Shown here: in pieces, positions 12,801 through 23,682 of the stretch
Position numbering within the stretch: position 1 is the stretch's first letter
How the letters are laid out: each line of letters begins with the position of its first letter
DNA from: Owenia fusiformis
Taxonomy: Eukaryota
NCBI GenBank assembly: GCA_903813345.2
Contig: CAIIXF020000001.1
Span: 12,834,001 to 12,898,000 of the forward strand
DNA: 64,000 nt
Direction of reading: 5' to 3'
Made by a program: the position numbers and the translations under genes
Notes under the pieces: generated by a model
Databases searched by the model: none
Seen by the model: only the letters and a program-made list of their open reading frames with translations
What the model was told of the DNA's origin: nothing

Positions 12801-15800
12801 ATTACACTACACTCCTGAAGCGCCCAACGATTTAAGGCATTTTTTGGTGACTAGGGTCCTAGGAGTTTTGGAAAAGCACTTTTGTAAAACCACGATCGTG
12901 ATTACACCTATTTTTCAAAACGGGTTAAAACCTAGGCGCCTTCCTAAAACGCATGGTGTGATTCCATCAAATGATTGCTCTATGGAACATTCCATTTCCA
13001 TATGATTTTGATCAGAAGTACACTAGAGAAACAATACCTGCTACAGAGCTTTGCTCATTTTAATTACAGATGCTTCTCAAAAGTAGGAATGGTGGGGGGA
13101 CCTCAGCCACTATCACTAGGACTAGGATGCTATAAAAAGGGTGTTATAATACATGAGTTTCTTCATGCTCTCGGAGTCAATCATGAACACACACGGCATG
13201 ATAGAGACCAACATATTGAAGTTAAAAAGAACAATGTTTTGAGTTTAGGTGAGAATACATTTATTCAGTTTACATCATTATTATAAATATGTAAAGTCTT
13301 GTTAGAGATAAATGCACTGTATGTACAGAGATCGCCTAATATTAAGAGCTGCAGGGTATATTGCCATACGTGGCAGCAAGATCTCGTTCTATCCAGTATT
13401 GAAGCAACGAGATCTCCAACCATCCCATTTTGCGCATCTTGTCGAGTCTTTGATCACCCACTTTTAATACTAGGCGATCTCTGTACATACAGTGAAATGG
13501 GTATTATCAGATGATGTTAACCCCTAAGAGTACTTAATGCCCGAGCATTCTTTTTTCAAATTAATTTCAAGAATTTTACAATTCAATTTTATCAATTTAT
13601 TTATTAAACCATCATCCAATGGCTTTATATAAAAAACCTCCTACCTCATACCCACCTACCCACCTCCGTGGGACATGATGCAGTCATTAAAGGGTTCAAT
13701 TTTAAAGTTTTTAAATCTCAAAATAGCTCTAATTATTAACATTTCTACAATTCCGGCTTCATTTTATGACTAGATGGATGACAGATCCATAAATAAAGAC
13801 ATATGGGTGCATTGTAATGTGTAATGACATGAGGGCGCCCCAGGGGAGGGGAATAACTAAAAATCAACCGCGAGCATAGGTCCAACAAGCCAGATAAAGA
13901 AATTGAAAGAAAGTGTGCTAAATTCGATGCCCCGAGTGGAAATCGAACCCAGCTGGGCTGTAGTAGCAATTTGCTATCAAGGGTCGTTACAAATGCATCT
14001 ATAATTCATCATAAACTACTTAGATTTAATAAACTAAGATCTTTAAATTGAACCCTTCAAAGACTATATCATGTCCAACGTATGTGGGTAGGTGGGTATG
14101 AAGTAGGAGGTTTTGTATACAAATCCTCACCCAATCATTACAATACAACAGTACAATAACATATAATTAGATATTCAATTTAAAACCTGCATAGTCTAAA
14201 AAACTGTACCATAGATGTAATAGGCATAAATCATGCCTCTGCATGAATTTGTTTGAAACCAGGTTCAATCAAACATGAACCCATTATAATGTAATTTTAA
14301 GCCGTTTTAAAAATAATATATTACTTAAAGGGAATGCGAAGTTTTGTCCCTTAAACTTGATAATACGTTAGAATAAAGATACATCTTTCAATCCAACTTC
14401 GTTTTATTGTTCTATCATTATCCCCTTAATTGTTATTGAGCCCCGGGTTTTGCATATGAACTGGACTACGGAGCTGCCATTTCAACCGTAAAGTGGTTCT
14501 TTACGACATTGTTATGACGTCATTGATGCCAGATTGATGCCTGGCATCCAAAAGTTTTGTGGCGCCAATTTTGAATCAAAAAATAAATGCCGAGTTGTTG
14601 CCATTCCAAAACCAAATAAATCATATTAAAGAAACTAAAAGAATACGTATATACCACCAATAATAAAGAACGATTTCAATAGAATATTAACGCCGGCATT
14701 TTCGGAATTGCTTTTTACCTATCTAGACATGGAATGCTGGTTACATTTATTCGTTATTTACACTTGAAATAATCTTGGATTCGTGACTTTTTAACTTTTA
14801 TTAGGTCTAGCGCTAAATGCGAACACAGAATGCTAATTCTATCAGGCGAATGCAAACTATTTGAATAAAACATAATAAAATTAATTCAACTAACCCATCT
14901 TGAATTTCCAATAATGCAATCTCGGTGATGATTTAATTTGCTAGTCTCATTACAAAAATAAGTGTTCTTACTTTAATATTCATTGCATTTATGTTTATCT
15001 TTAACACAAGTATTCGAAAAAAAATTTAAAATTAAATTTTAAAACCGTTTCCAATTACTATCACATGTCATGGATTCTTAGCCTCGGGGAGCCTACGGTC
15101 TATCATTTCTGCGGTAAGTAAAATTTCTACGGTTGCCTAAGTATTTCTGCAGTCAGATAATTTAGCAGTCTCATTTGCTAAGATAGCCATACGGCGTATC
15201 TTGATGAAAAATTACGACTCCCGTACGGCTGATAAATGATGACACACGAGCAGCATAGGGCGGCACTACGACGTGCGTAGTTTTTCTTGAAGGCATCCAC
15301 AAGGGGTTCTATGGTTCGGAAAGGTCAATTGTAACCTATGAAATCCAAGCGCAGCCGCAAGTGAACCCGAAGTACAGCCGCCGTGAGACCTACAGTTTGG
15401 CTGCTGCTTGTTGACATCTACCGTGACCACAGGGAAGAAAAAGTTATAGCTCCGACTCTACGCCCTGTAAAAACTGGATATGCCGTGTACGTAGACCGCA
15501 AGGTGACCTTAAGACGACTGTAGTTTTCCTATGTTTGCCGCAGAAATTTACTGATTTCAGGGAAATACGGTCGACATGCGGTCGCATTGAGCAAATGTGA
15601 CTGAAGCTTTTAAAGTTCCACTTATTTTAGAAAAAACGATATGGAAAAACAAAAGGTTGTATGCCATTGAATTGAAAATCATTATTTGGAAAATACTGTA
15701 GGACTGTACTTACCACGGATGTTATATAATTAAATTTGAAGCTTGAAATCAGGAATTGTTTTTAACAAAAAATAAATATATAATAAAATAAATATTAAAA

Positions 15801-18800
15801 TATTGGCGTACTATCAATACGGCAATTGCCTTATCGTCGTTGAAATGAAATATCATACTACAATCGACACCATCGTCTCCCCGCATCACTGAATGTTATC
15901 AGTCTTCTCTTGTCATGATCCAAGGTGACATACCATTGAATTTTGAAAAGCTTTTTTTTGTCAAATTGAATGTCGCTATTATGGTGATATGATGATTGAA
16001 ATTGGTCGTTTAACAACTGAGAAAAATTAAACATTACGTATTAATCTTTGAAAATATGACAGTGGCAGTCCTTGTGAAGCTATTGCCAATCTTAATATTT
16101 AAGAGATTGACATTTACATACCTATCATTTAGACGACATCGATTTTTCGTTTTTTGTTTGCGTTTTTCATCAGAATTTAAATGGTTAAACACTTTAGGGA
16201 GTTACTGTTTCATTGGATTACTACTTTTCGTTTTATTTCTTTCATTCTCCAATATGCACCTATTCATATTTTAGTATGCCTATTTGCCGACGTATACCTT
16301 ATCATTATATAATATAAAATAATTCTAGTGGATATTTTTCAAGTGGAATATAATGCGATGACTTTTCAGTCAAAACCAGTTAAATTCCGAATCGCGCAGC
16401 CGAATTCTCATGAGTTTAGTGATTTTTCTACCTAGCTTATACTATATCACATTAGAGAAAATAAATACAAACATTTGAAAAAGACATTGCAACAATTCAA
16501 TTTCTATGAAGAAAATATTGAAACAACCTTTTCAAATATATAATATGATATGGACATGAACATGCGGCAACAATGTTAAGCGGACAGAAATAGTTATACA
16601 AATATCAGTGAAATGTGTTCTATTTCTGCGATCAGAGTATGACGTGATTATATAGCGACACTTCCCAGGCATCAATTCTAAGGCATCAATGACGTCACTG
16701 ATACATAACAATGGCGGCATCCGCAGCCATTCAGATATGGGTACTTTGAACTTGAATTATATGTTAGTTCAAACACGATACGTCCTATGAGTGAGCGGAA
16801 GTGATAGATGATGGTTATAAGTAGTCAGTGTGTAAATTAGAACATGAAACTTCGCATTCCCTTTAAAGTTTTCAAGTTAAAGCTGTGACAACATTTAACA
16901 AGAAATTTGGTCAATTCGAAGCAAGTTGAAAAAATACCATTTTTGACCCTGAGAAGATCATTGAAGGTGAAATCGCTAATCTAAACTCAGATTTGAACTT
17001 CTGGGGTCTTCCAAATAATTTCGAAAAAAAGATTTGGTCAATTTGAAGCAAGTTGAAAAAGGACCTTTTTTGCCTTGAGAATGTCATTGAAGGTCAAATC
17101 TTTCTTGACCTTGAGAATCTCATTGTAGATGATTTTGAAAAAATTGGTCAATTTGAAGCAAGTTGAAAAAAGACCTTTTTGACCTTGAAAATGTCATTGA
17201 AGGTCAGATCTTCAATATAAAGTCAGTTTTGAACTTCTGGAAACTTGTAGATGATTTTGTAAAAAATTGAGGTCACTCTAAAAAAGTATTTGATAAGTAA
17301 TTGAAAGTTGTAAGAATTTGTTACTGACGCAAACTGCCGATTGCCAACCACCAACTACAGTAAAATAAAAACAAGACCATAACACTTTTTTTGTGGTGAC
17401 ATAATAAAAATGGCATTTCAGGCATTCTCTATGTTCCCCAAACATGGTTCAATGAGACAGTGTTTCCTATATTTGAGGACATAAATAAAACAGCCACCCA
17501 TAGTATATAGAATAATGTAATGGTAAATCAGAAAACTGGTAACAGATATTGCCTTACTAGCCTGTTGCTATCTTGATATGGTTGCTATAAGAAAATATAA
17601 ACCATCAATTCCCATTAAATTATGAAAAAGATTTTGCAACAATTTGTTACAAATACTGATCTGTGAATTTTGGTTACAAAATGGCAAACAACATCTCATC
17701 ACTGAAAAATCTGGGTGCCAAAACTAAATCTCTACTATCTACAGTGCTCTATAGTATAGCAACAGACGGACAGATCGTCGCCTAGTCTATACCATAGTCT
17801 CGCTGTGTGAGCCAAAACCCAGTAATTCATAGCCTTAAAACATCCAATTTAGGGTATCTTAAGGTACATCTAAAACACTCTAAGGGACACTGTTAAAACT
17901 TACAGTCGGATAAACAGTGCATGCCCTTAGCCACATATAGAACAACAAATCCTTAGATTTTTATGTCCATCTTGTTTTTTTAATTTAGATGTGTACAATA
18001 ATAACTTCAAGAAGAGGATAATTCACGATGATTATGGCATTCCTTACTGCTATATGAGCATAATGCATTACAGCAACACAGCATTTTCTAAAAGTGATAA
18101 CGACAAAACAATAATTCCATTGATCAATCCTAGCCTGAAATTAGGACAGAGAGTCAAGTTAGACTCATGTGATATCAAGCTCCTGAAGGAAATGTATAAG
18201 TGCACTCCAGGTAAACTCCATGTTACTTATTGATACATTTAGATTTCTATGTATGTGTAATTTAAATTCAAATTTTTTTAAACAGAACTTTTAATTTCTA
18301 ACCACTTCTTGATTACATAAGTGAAGACTAGAATCTAAGCCAAAACTTAGCTTGCATTCATGAATGCAACTAATGCCTGTTGGCTACCAGATTAACCAAC
18401 TATTTTGTGGTTAACTCATTTGAATATGAATGCAATAATGGCAGGAGGTATTATTCATATTCAACTGAGTTACCCATGATGGGTGCACCGCAATACTTTT
18501 TTAGATGATACGCAAACTTAACATCAATAAAATCATTTAGATCAAATCAAAATTCCAAATCCTTATTAATATTTCTAGGAAGAAAGTTAAATAAATTCAA
18601 TACAATCTTCTCATTTTGTACAAAAGAACAGCATTATGATTGGAACACAATTTCATTTATTTTCACATGTTGTTTCCTGGTCCTATGATGAGTGAATATA
18701 ATTTAACTTGTATGTTTCAGGCAAGGGATCAGGTATACCCAAAGAAGATAGTTCTGATGACTCATATTCTTCATATTCTTCATATTCTTTATATAAAAAA

Positions 18801-18812
18801 CCTGGCACATGA
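831..18812 (+). CDS. Astacin-family (M12A) secreted zinc metalloendopeptidase, 9 coding exons, about 302 aa
   Basis: join(831..893,2619..2673,6408..6452,9977..10017,10947..11025,11374..11506,13070..13248,17989..18210,18721..18812) = 909 nt with all introns GT-AG and phases consistent. Contains a signal peptide, propeptide EGDI, R/NA maturation site, HEFLHALGVNHEHTRHDRD zinc motif and SIMHY Met-turn. An extra small symmetric exon could have been missed. Confidence 0.93.
933..1326. mobile_element. MITE with 27-bp perfect TIRs and two internal ~185-bp direct repeats
   Basis: CAAAGGACGATTCTCGGTTTGGAGAAC (933-959) and its reverse complement (1300-1326); no TSD seen. Confidence 0.8.
2619..2673 (+). 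CDS. Astacin exon 2 (acidic propeptide PSTESEESEESSNEIDDD)
   Basis: Strong polypyrimidine acceptor TTTCTTTCCAG, donor G|GTAAGA, phase 0 to 1. Confidence 0.78.
4634..5725 (-). mobile_element. Non-autonomous mariner-like element with transposase remnant
   Basis: TA TSD; 28-bp perfect TIR CGAGGGGTGATCCAAAAGTCTTGGACGC; minus-strand LEQLPSARYSLDKAPCDFLPFLKLKG resembles mariner HPPYSPDLAPCDF.LF.KLK. Confidence 0.9.
6035..6141. repeat. ~107-bp near-perfect palindrome
   Basis: Nested arms 6035-6052/6124-6141, 6057-6070/6106-6119 and 6074-6083/6093-6102 around central GTGATATCAC. Confidence 0.85.
6230..6284. repeat. (TATGG)n microsatellite
   Basis: About 11 pentamer units. Confidence 0.97.
6408..6452 (+). 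CDS. Astacin exon 3 (DETPDQVPHNDKETE)
   Basis: TTTACAG acceptor, G|GTAAAT donor, symmetric phase-1 exon, acidic like exon 2. Confidence 0.7.
6715..7505. repeat. Two diverged ~170-bp direct copies (about 6715-6882 and 7338-7505)
   Basis: Shared CGCTGATTGG...GGTCAGCG...CTAGGCAGAG..TAGTTTA..ACTAGACTCTGC. Confidence 0.7.
8148..9202 (-). mobile_element. Helentron/HINE-like non-autonomous element, family A
   Basis: Terminal hairpin ATTATCCC...GGGATAT, (CCGT/CAGT)n microsatellite, opposite end GCTACTCCGCGGAGTTGC..CTAGTT; same termini as 28845-29697. Confidence 0.72.
9546..9750. mobile_element. hAT-like MITE with 5-bp TSD
   Basis: TIR CAGTG(A/T)TCTCCC, 11/12 match; TACCC on both flanks. Confidence 0.7.
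9977..10017 (+). CDS. Astacin exon 4 (GELVEGDILSSGGV)
   Basis: EGDI matches the astacin propeptide F-x-G-D motif; donor GTG|GTAAGT. Confidence 0.85.
10947..11025 (+). CDS. Astacin exon 5 (FRNANVQPKMWPGGEVFY...)
   Basis: R/NA...WP mature N-terminus; TTTTAG acceptor, GTAAGT donor. Confidence 0.9.
11374..11506 (+). CDS. Astacin exon 6 (...ITQAMADITAASGNCIVFKER...NYIQIKKDRG)
   Basis: Typical astacin AM...CI.F.ER...YI segment; canonical splice sites. Confidence 0.92.
12180..12268. repeat. ~40-bp minisatellite, about 2.2 copies
   Basis: GGAGTATATCGTCA.AATATCCTT...GTATTGGTTTTCC repeated. Confidence 0.8.
13070..13248 (+). CDS. Astacin exon 7 (zinc-binding motif)
   Basis: CFSKVGMVGGPQPLSLGLGC...HEFLHALGVNHEHTRHDRD. 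Confidence 0.97.
13315..13494. mobile_element. Transib-like MITE (CAC termini, 5-bp TSD)
   Basis: 34-bp TIR CACTGTATGTACAGAGATCGCCTA..., 32/34 match; AAATG at 13310-13314 and 13495-13499. Confidence 0.8.
13621..14126. mobile_element. MULE/Mutator-like non-autonomous element
   Basis: ~86-bp imperfect TIRs starting GG; 9-bp flanks TCATCCAAT and TCACCCAAT (one mismatch). Confidence 0.75.
14329..16862. mobile_element. Kolobok-like non-autonomous element, about 2.5 kb
   Basis: TTAA TSD on both sides; 16-bp perfect TIR AGGGAATGCGAAGTTT with purine terminus; subterminal inverted blocks TGACGTCATTGATGCC; GC-rich probable nested insert at about 15165-15607. Confidence 0.82.
16885..17280 (+). repeat. 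Decayed tandem core-repeat remnant
   Basis: TTGGTCAATT(T/C)GAAGCAAGTTGAAAAA x3; reverse complement of unit B in 57452-58932. Confidence 0.7.
17989..18210 (+). CDS. Astacin exon 8 (Met-turn to terminal Cys)
   Basis: IPYCYMSIMHY...LGQR...DIKLLKEMYKC; donor CAG|GTAAAC. Confidence 0.96.
18721..18812 (+). CDS. Astacin exon 9 (tail GKGSGIPKEDSSDDSYSSYSSYSLYKKPGT*)
   Basis: TTTCAG acceptor, phase 1 matches exon 8, TGA at 18810-18812. Confidence 0.7.
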
Positions 18813-19453
18813 AAATGAAAGGACAATCATCAAAGGCCAATGATACCATGAAATGACACATGAGACTGTTTGAAATTTTCATGGATCTTTAGACTTTTTT
18901 CTTATAATAATAATATTATTATTTGAATACATTGCAGATCAATGTAACTGTTATGTTTCATGAATATTTTAATTTAATGTATATACATTATGTGTCCTAT
19001 ATTTTGGATTCCAAATATGTGTACAGTATGATGTCATAATATATTTGATGCATATGAAAGGATGTTAAGATGTCCAATATTTGATTTAAAAATTCCAAAT
19101 TGACAATGGTGTTCCAAGAGACATACGATGTATCAAAATGTGAGATATCTTGAAAAAATTTGAAAGAACTTTTTAAATAATCATTACAGGAACATAAGCA
19201 TGTCAAAGGGGAATGATCTAAATAAAAGATGGTGATTTTGAATCTAGAATTAGGAGATGAAAACCTTTATTCTGAATGTATGCATGTTAAGTTGAAAATG
19301 GGATTTAGACAATTCCAAATTGCTGTTTTCATGTGTTTTTTAAAATTGTTGATGAATGGATGAATGTGTACAGTGTGAGACAAAGATACAAAATAGACCT
19401 CTTTGAACTGAGCAGCCATATTGAAAATTTCTTGTAAGCATTCAGTTTTTACA

Positions 19454-20789
19454 CAAGAACACAAATGTGTACAAAATGTCCCCACCTTTGGGTGATCCCG
19501 TCAAATGGTTATCCTAAAAATGAGTAGACAAGACTTTACCGACACAATTTGAGGAGGGAATATCCAAAATGGCCACCTTAAAATTTACCCAGAATGCCCA
19601 AAAAATAGTCAGTTCTAGATTTTCATATTAAGAGCCACCCCTGAAAATTTAAAATTGATCCCTCACACAGTTAACCAGAAAACATGTAAACAAGACTTTA
19701 CAAACAAGATTTTAGGACGGAAAATCCAAAATGGCTGCCTTGATTTTTATCCAGAATGCCAAAAAACTAATCTCTTCGAGATTTTCATACTAAGAATCAT
19801 CCCTGAAAATTTGAAATTGATCTACCAAACGGTTCACCTGGAAATCCGTAGACAAAACTTAACAGACAAGATTTTAGGTCAGAAAATCCAAAATGGCTGC
19901 CTTGACATTTACCCAGAATGCCCAAAAACTAATCAGATCTAGATTTTCATACTAAGAATCATCTCTGAAAATTTGAAATTGATCTACCAAACAGTTCACC
20001 TGGAAATGCGTAGACAAGACTTTACAGACAAGATTTTAGGATGGAAAATCCAAAATGGCTGCCTTGACATTTACCCAGAATGCCCAAAAACTAATCAGAT
20101 CTAGATTTTCATACTAAAAATCATCCCTGAAAATTTGAAATTGATCTACCAAACGGTTCACCTGAAAACGCGTAGACAAGACTTTACAGACAAGATTTTA
20201 GGACGGAAAAATCCAAAATGGCCGACAATAAAAAAGTGATTATGAGTTTTTGCTGATTTCCTTTTACAAAATTATCACATATTACTACTGTTAACAATAA
20301 CATAGGCTTTTACAACAAAGTACACCTGAAATTATTTATAAAGCTACTAAATAGTTAAAGTATGAAAATTGAAAAACACCATTCAATATGATACAAAGTA
20401 TTATCGCGCGCTAACTTTTCTTAAAACATTCAAAATGGCTGACATGACTGAGCTAACAGGTCCAAAACCTAATCAGATGTAGAATGAAGTGAGCTGAACA
20501 AGATGTTAAAGTTTCAAAAGCAACTGTGAAGTCATTTTTCTTAAAGTTTGCAGACAAGGATTTTAGCATTTGACTTCAAAATGGCCGACAGGAAGTAGGT
20601 ATCCACTTAAATTTTTTTCATCCACATCAAGATGCACTCATAAGTTATCCCTGAAAATTTGAAGGTGATATCTGTAGCGGTTTTGGAGAAAACTGCCGGA
20701 CGTACGGACGGACGGACAGACGGACATACGGACAGACAGACGCGCCTAGGCCGACAATATGGCCCCACACTATGTGGTGGGGACATAAC
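19454..20789 (+). mobile_element. Helentron/HINE-like element, family B, with 162-bp tandem core repeats
   Basis: Subterminal IR ATGTCCCCAC/GTGGGGACAT; over four 162-bp units (19530-20222); (GACG/GACA)n; 3' hairpin CCCCAC...GTGGGG. Confidence 0.75.
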
Positions 20790-23682
20790 AAAAGGCAGCC
20801 ATTTTGAATTGAGTGGCTATATTGAACTCCTTGATGAACGGAAAGGACGGGTGTCATTAAGGTCCCTTTTTAGCCCCCAAAGATATCTGATAATAATGGA
20901 TATCATATTGAAGAAAATCATTTGTGCTTTATAAAAATACAATTTCAGCGAATTTTGACCTTGGATGTTCACACAACAGTCATTTAAAGATCATATACCA
21001 TTTTTGGTGTTTTTACAAAAAATTCTTTATTTATTGTTGTCTAAGTCAATAGTATGTAAATATTAACCAATTTAAATATATTAAAATGTAATATATGAAA
21101 TACTGAAGAAAAGATACAATTAAAATTATTTTCATGGAAAGCACATATGGCAATATTGACAAAATGCAAATGCTATTTTGGTAGGTTCTGGGCTAGCAAT
21201 GGGTACATTTCAACTGTGACTGTAATGGATTACTATTGACTTTTATCAACATCACAGGGCAATATTTAAGCAACTTAAATACAAGGAAAATCAAAGATTT
21301 CCTCTCATTTCTAAAACGAGGAACAAAAGCATGAATTCAAGGAAAATAAATGATGGCCTGTGCCAATTATATAACATATGAGAAAGTTGTGGCACAGTAA
21401 AGGATATGTATATCATATGATTTTAAATGATTTTATCTTTATCTCCGAGTTGATATCAATATATGGCAATTGCCAAGTTAGCATAGCGAATTAGCGCAGA
21501 TATTGATATCAATGAGTTGGATTAACACAATATCATGAAAATGCATAGGATGTTCTATTTTTCCCATAGTTCACCTCTAAAACTAAACAAAGCATATCAA
21601 AACAACATCCTTCATTCATTCATCCCCATGTTGTCATGAAATCACTATGTAACAAAACACATCATATTGGTGGTAGTTTTCAAATCCCTGCCAAAAGGTG
21701 ATATCTGTGAAATATTTATAAAGCCAAAAAACTAATCTCTTCGAGATTTTCATACTAAGAATCATCCCTGAAAATTTGAAATTGATCTACCAAACGGTTC
21801 ACCTGGAAATCCGTAGACAAAACTTAACAGACAAGATTTTAGGTCAGAAAATCCAAAATGGCTGCCTTGACATTTACCCAGAATGCCCAAAAACTAATCA
21901 GATCTAGATTTTCATACTAAGAATCATCTCTGAAAATTTGAAATTGATCTACCAAACAGTTCACCTGGAAATGCGTAGACAAGACTTTACAGACAAGATT
22001 TTAGGACGGAAAATCCAAAATGGCTGCCTTGACATTTACCCAGAATGCCCAAAAACTAATCAGATCTAGATTTTCATACTAAAAATCATCCCTGAAAATT
22101 TGAAATTGATCTACCAAACGGTTCACCTGAAAACGCGTAGACAAGACTTTACAGACAAGATTTTAGGACGGAAAAATCCAAAATGGCCGACAATAAAAAA
22201 GTGATTATGAGTTTTTGCTGATTTCCTTTTACAAAATTATCACATATTACTACTGTTAACAATAACATAGGCTTTTACAACAAAGTACACCTGAAATTAT
22301 TTATAAAGCTACTAAATAGTTAAAGTATGAAAATTGAAAAACACCATTCAATATGATACAAAGTATTATCGCGCGCTAACTTTTCTTAAAACATTCAAAA
22401 TGGCTGACATGACTGAGCTAACAGGTCCAAAACCTAATCAGATGTAGAATGAAGTGAGCTGAACAAGATTTTAAAGTTTCAAAAGCAACTGTGAAGTCAT
22501 TTTTCTTAAAGTTTGCAGACAAGGATTTTAGCATTTGACTTCAAAATGGCCGACAGGAAGTAGGTATCCACTTAAATTGTTTTCATCCACATCAAGATGC
22601 ACTCATAAGTTATCCCTGAAAATTTGAAGGTGATATCTGTAGCGGTTTTGGAGAAAACTGCCGGACGTACGGACGGACGGACAGACGGACATACGGACAG
22701 ACAGACGCGCCTAGGCCGACAATATGGCCCCACACTATGTGGTGGGGACATAACAAAAGGCAGCCATTTTGAATTGAGTGGCTATATTGAACTCCTTGAT
22801 GAACGGAAAGGACGGGTGTCATTAAGGGCCCTTTTTAGCCCCCAAAGATATCTGATAATAATGGATATCATATTGAAGAAAATCATTTGTGCTTTATAAA
22901 AATACAATTTCAGCGAATTTTGACCTTGGATGTTCACACAACAGTCATTTAAAGATCATATACCATTTTTGGTGTTTTTACAAAAAATTCTTTATTTATT
23001 GTTGTCTAAGTCAATAGTATGTAAATATTAACCAATTTAAATATATTAAAATGTAATATATGAAATACTGAAGAAAAGATACAATTAAAATTATTTTCAT
23101 GGAAAGCACATAAGGCAATATTGACAAAATGCAAATGCTATTTTGGTAGGTTCTGGGCTAGCAATGGGTACATTTCAACTGTGACTGTAATGGATTACTA
23201 TTGACTTTTATCAACATCACAGGGCAATATTTAAGCAACTTAAATACAAGGAAAATCAAAGATTTCCTCTCATTTCTAAAACGAGGAACAAAAGCATGAA
23301 TTCAAGGAAAATAAATGATGGCCTGTGCCAATTATATAACATATGAGAAAGTTGTGGCACAGTAAAGGATATGTATATCATATGATTTTAAATGATTTTA
23401 TCTTTATCTCCGAGTTGATATCAATATATGGCAATTGCCAAGTTAGCATAGCGAATTAGCGCAGATATTGATATCAATGAGTTGGATTAACACAATATCA
23501 CGAAAATGCATAGGATGTTCTATTTTTCCCATAGTTCACCTCTAAAACTAAACAAAGCATATCAAAACAACATCCTTCATTCATTCATCCCCATGTTGTC
23601 ATGAAATCACTATGTAACAAAACACATCATATTGGTGGTAGTTTTCAAATCCCTGCCAAAAGGTGATATCTGTGAAATATTT
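19758..23682. repeat. Tandem duplication, 2 x 1960 bp
   Basis: 19758-21717 matches 21723-23682 (offset 1965) with a 5-bp ATAAA junction; about 6 substitutions seen by eye. Confidence 0.95.

Noticed and set aside
13925..13990. Functional tRNA gene
   Set aside because: No anticodon arm and a poor acceptor stem; kept only as a tRNA-like fragment.
19530..20222. Regularly spaced repeats resembling a CRISPR array (also 28960-29600 and 57559-58890)
   Set aside because: Whole units repeat with no unique spacers, there are no cas genes, and the context is eukaryotic transposon cores.
20659..20934. Duplicated 91-aa ORF (also 22624-22899) and its antisense 70-aa ORFs
   Set aside because: GRTDGRTD is the translation of the (GACG/GACA)n microsatellite; the second copy comes from the tandem duplication.
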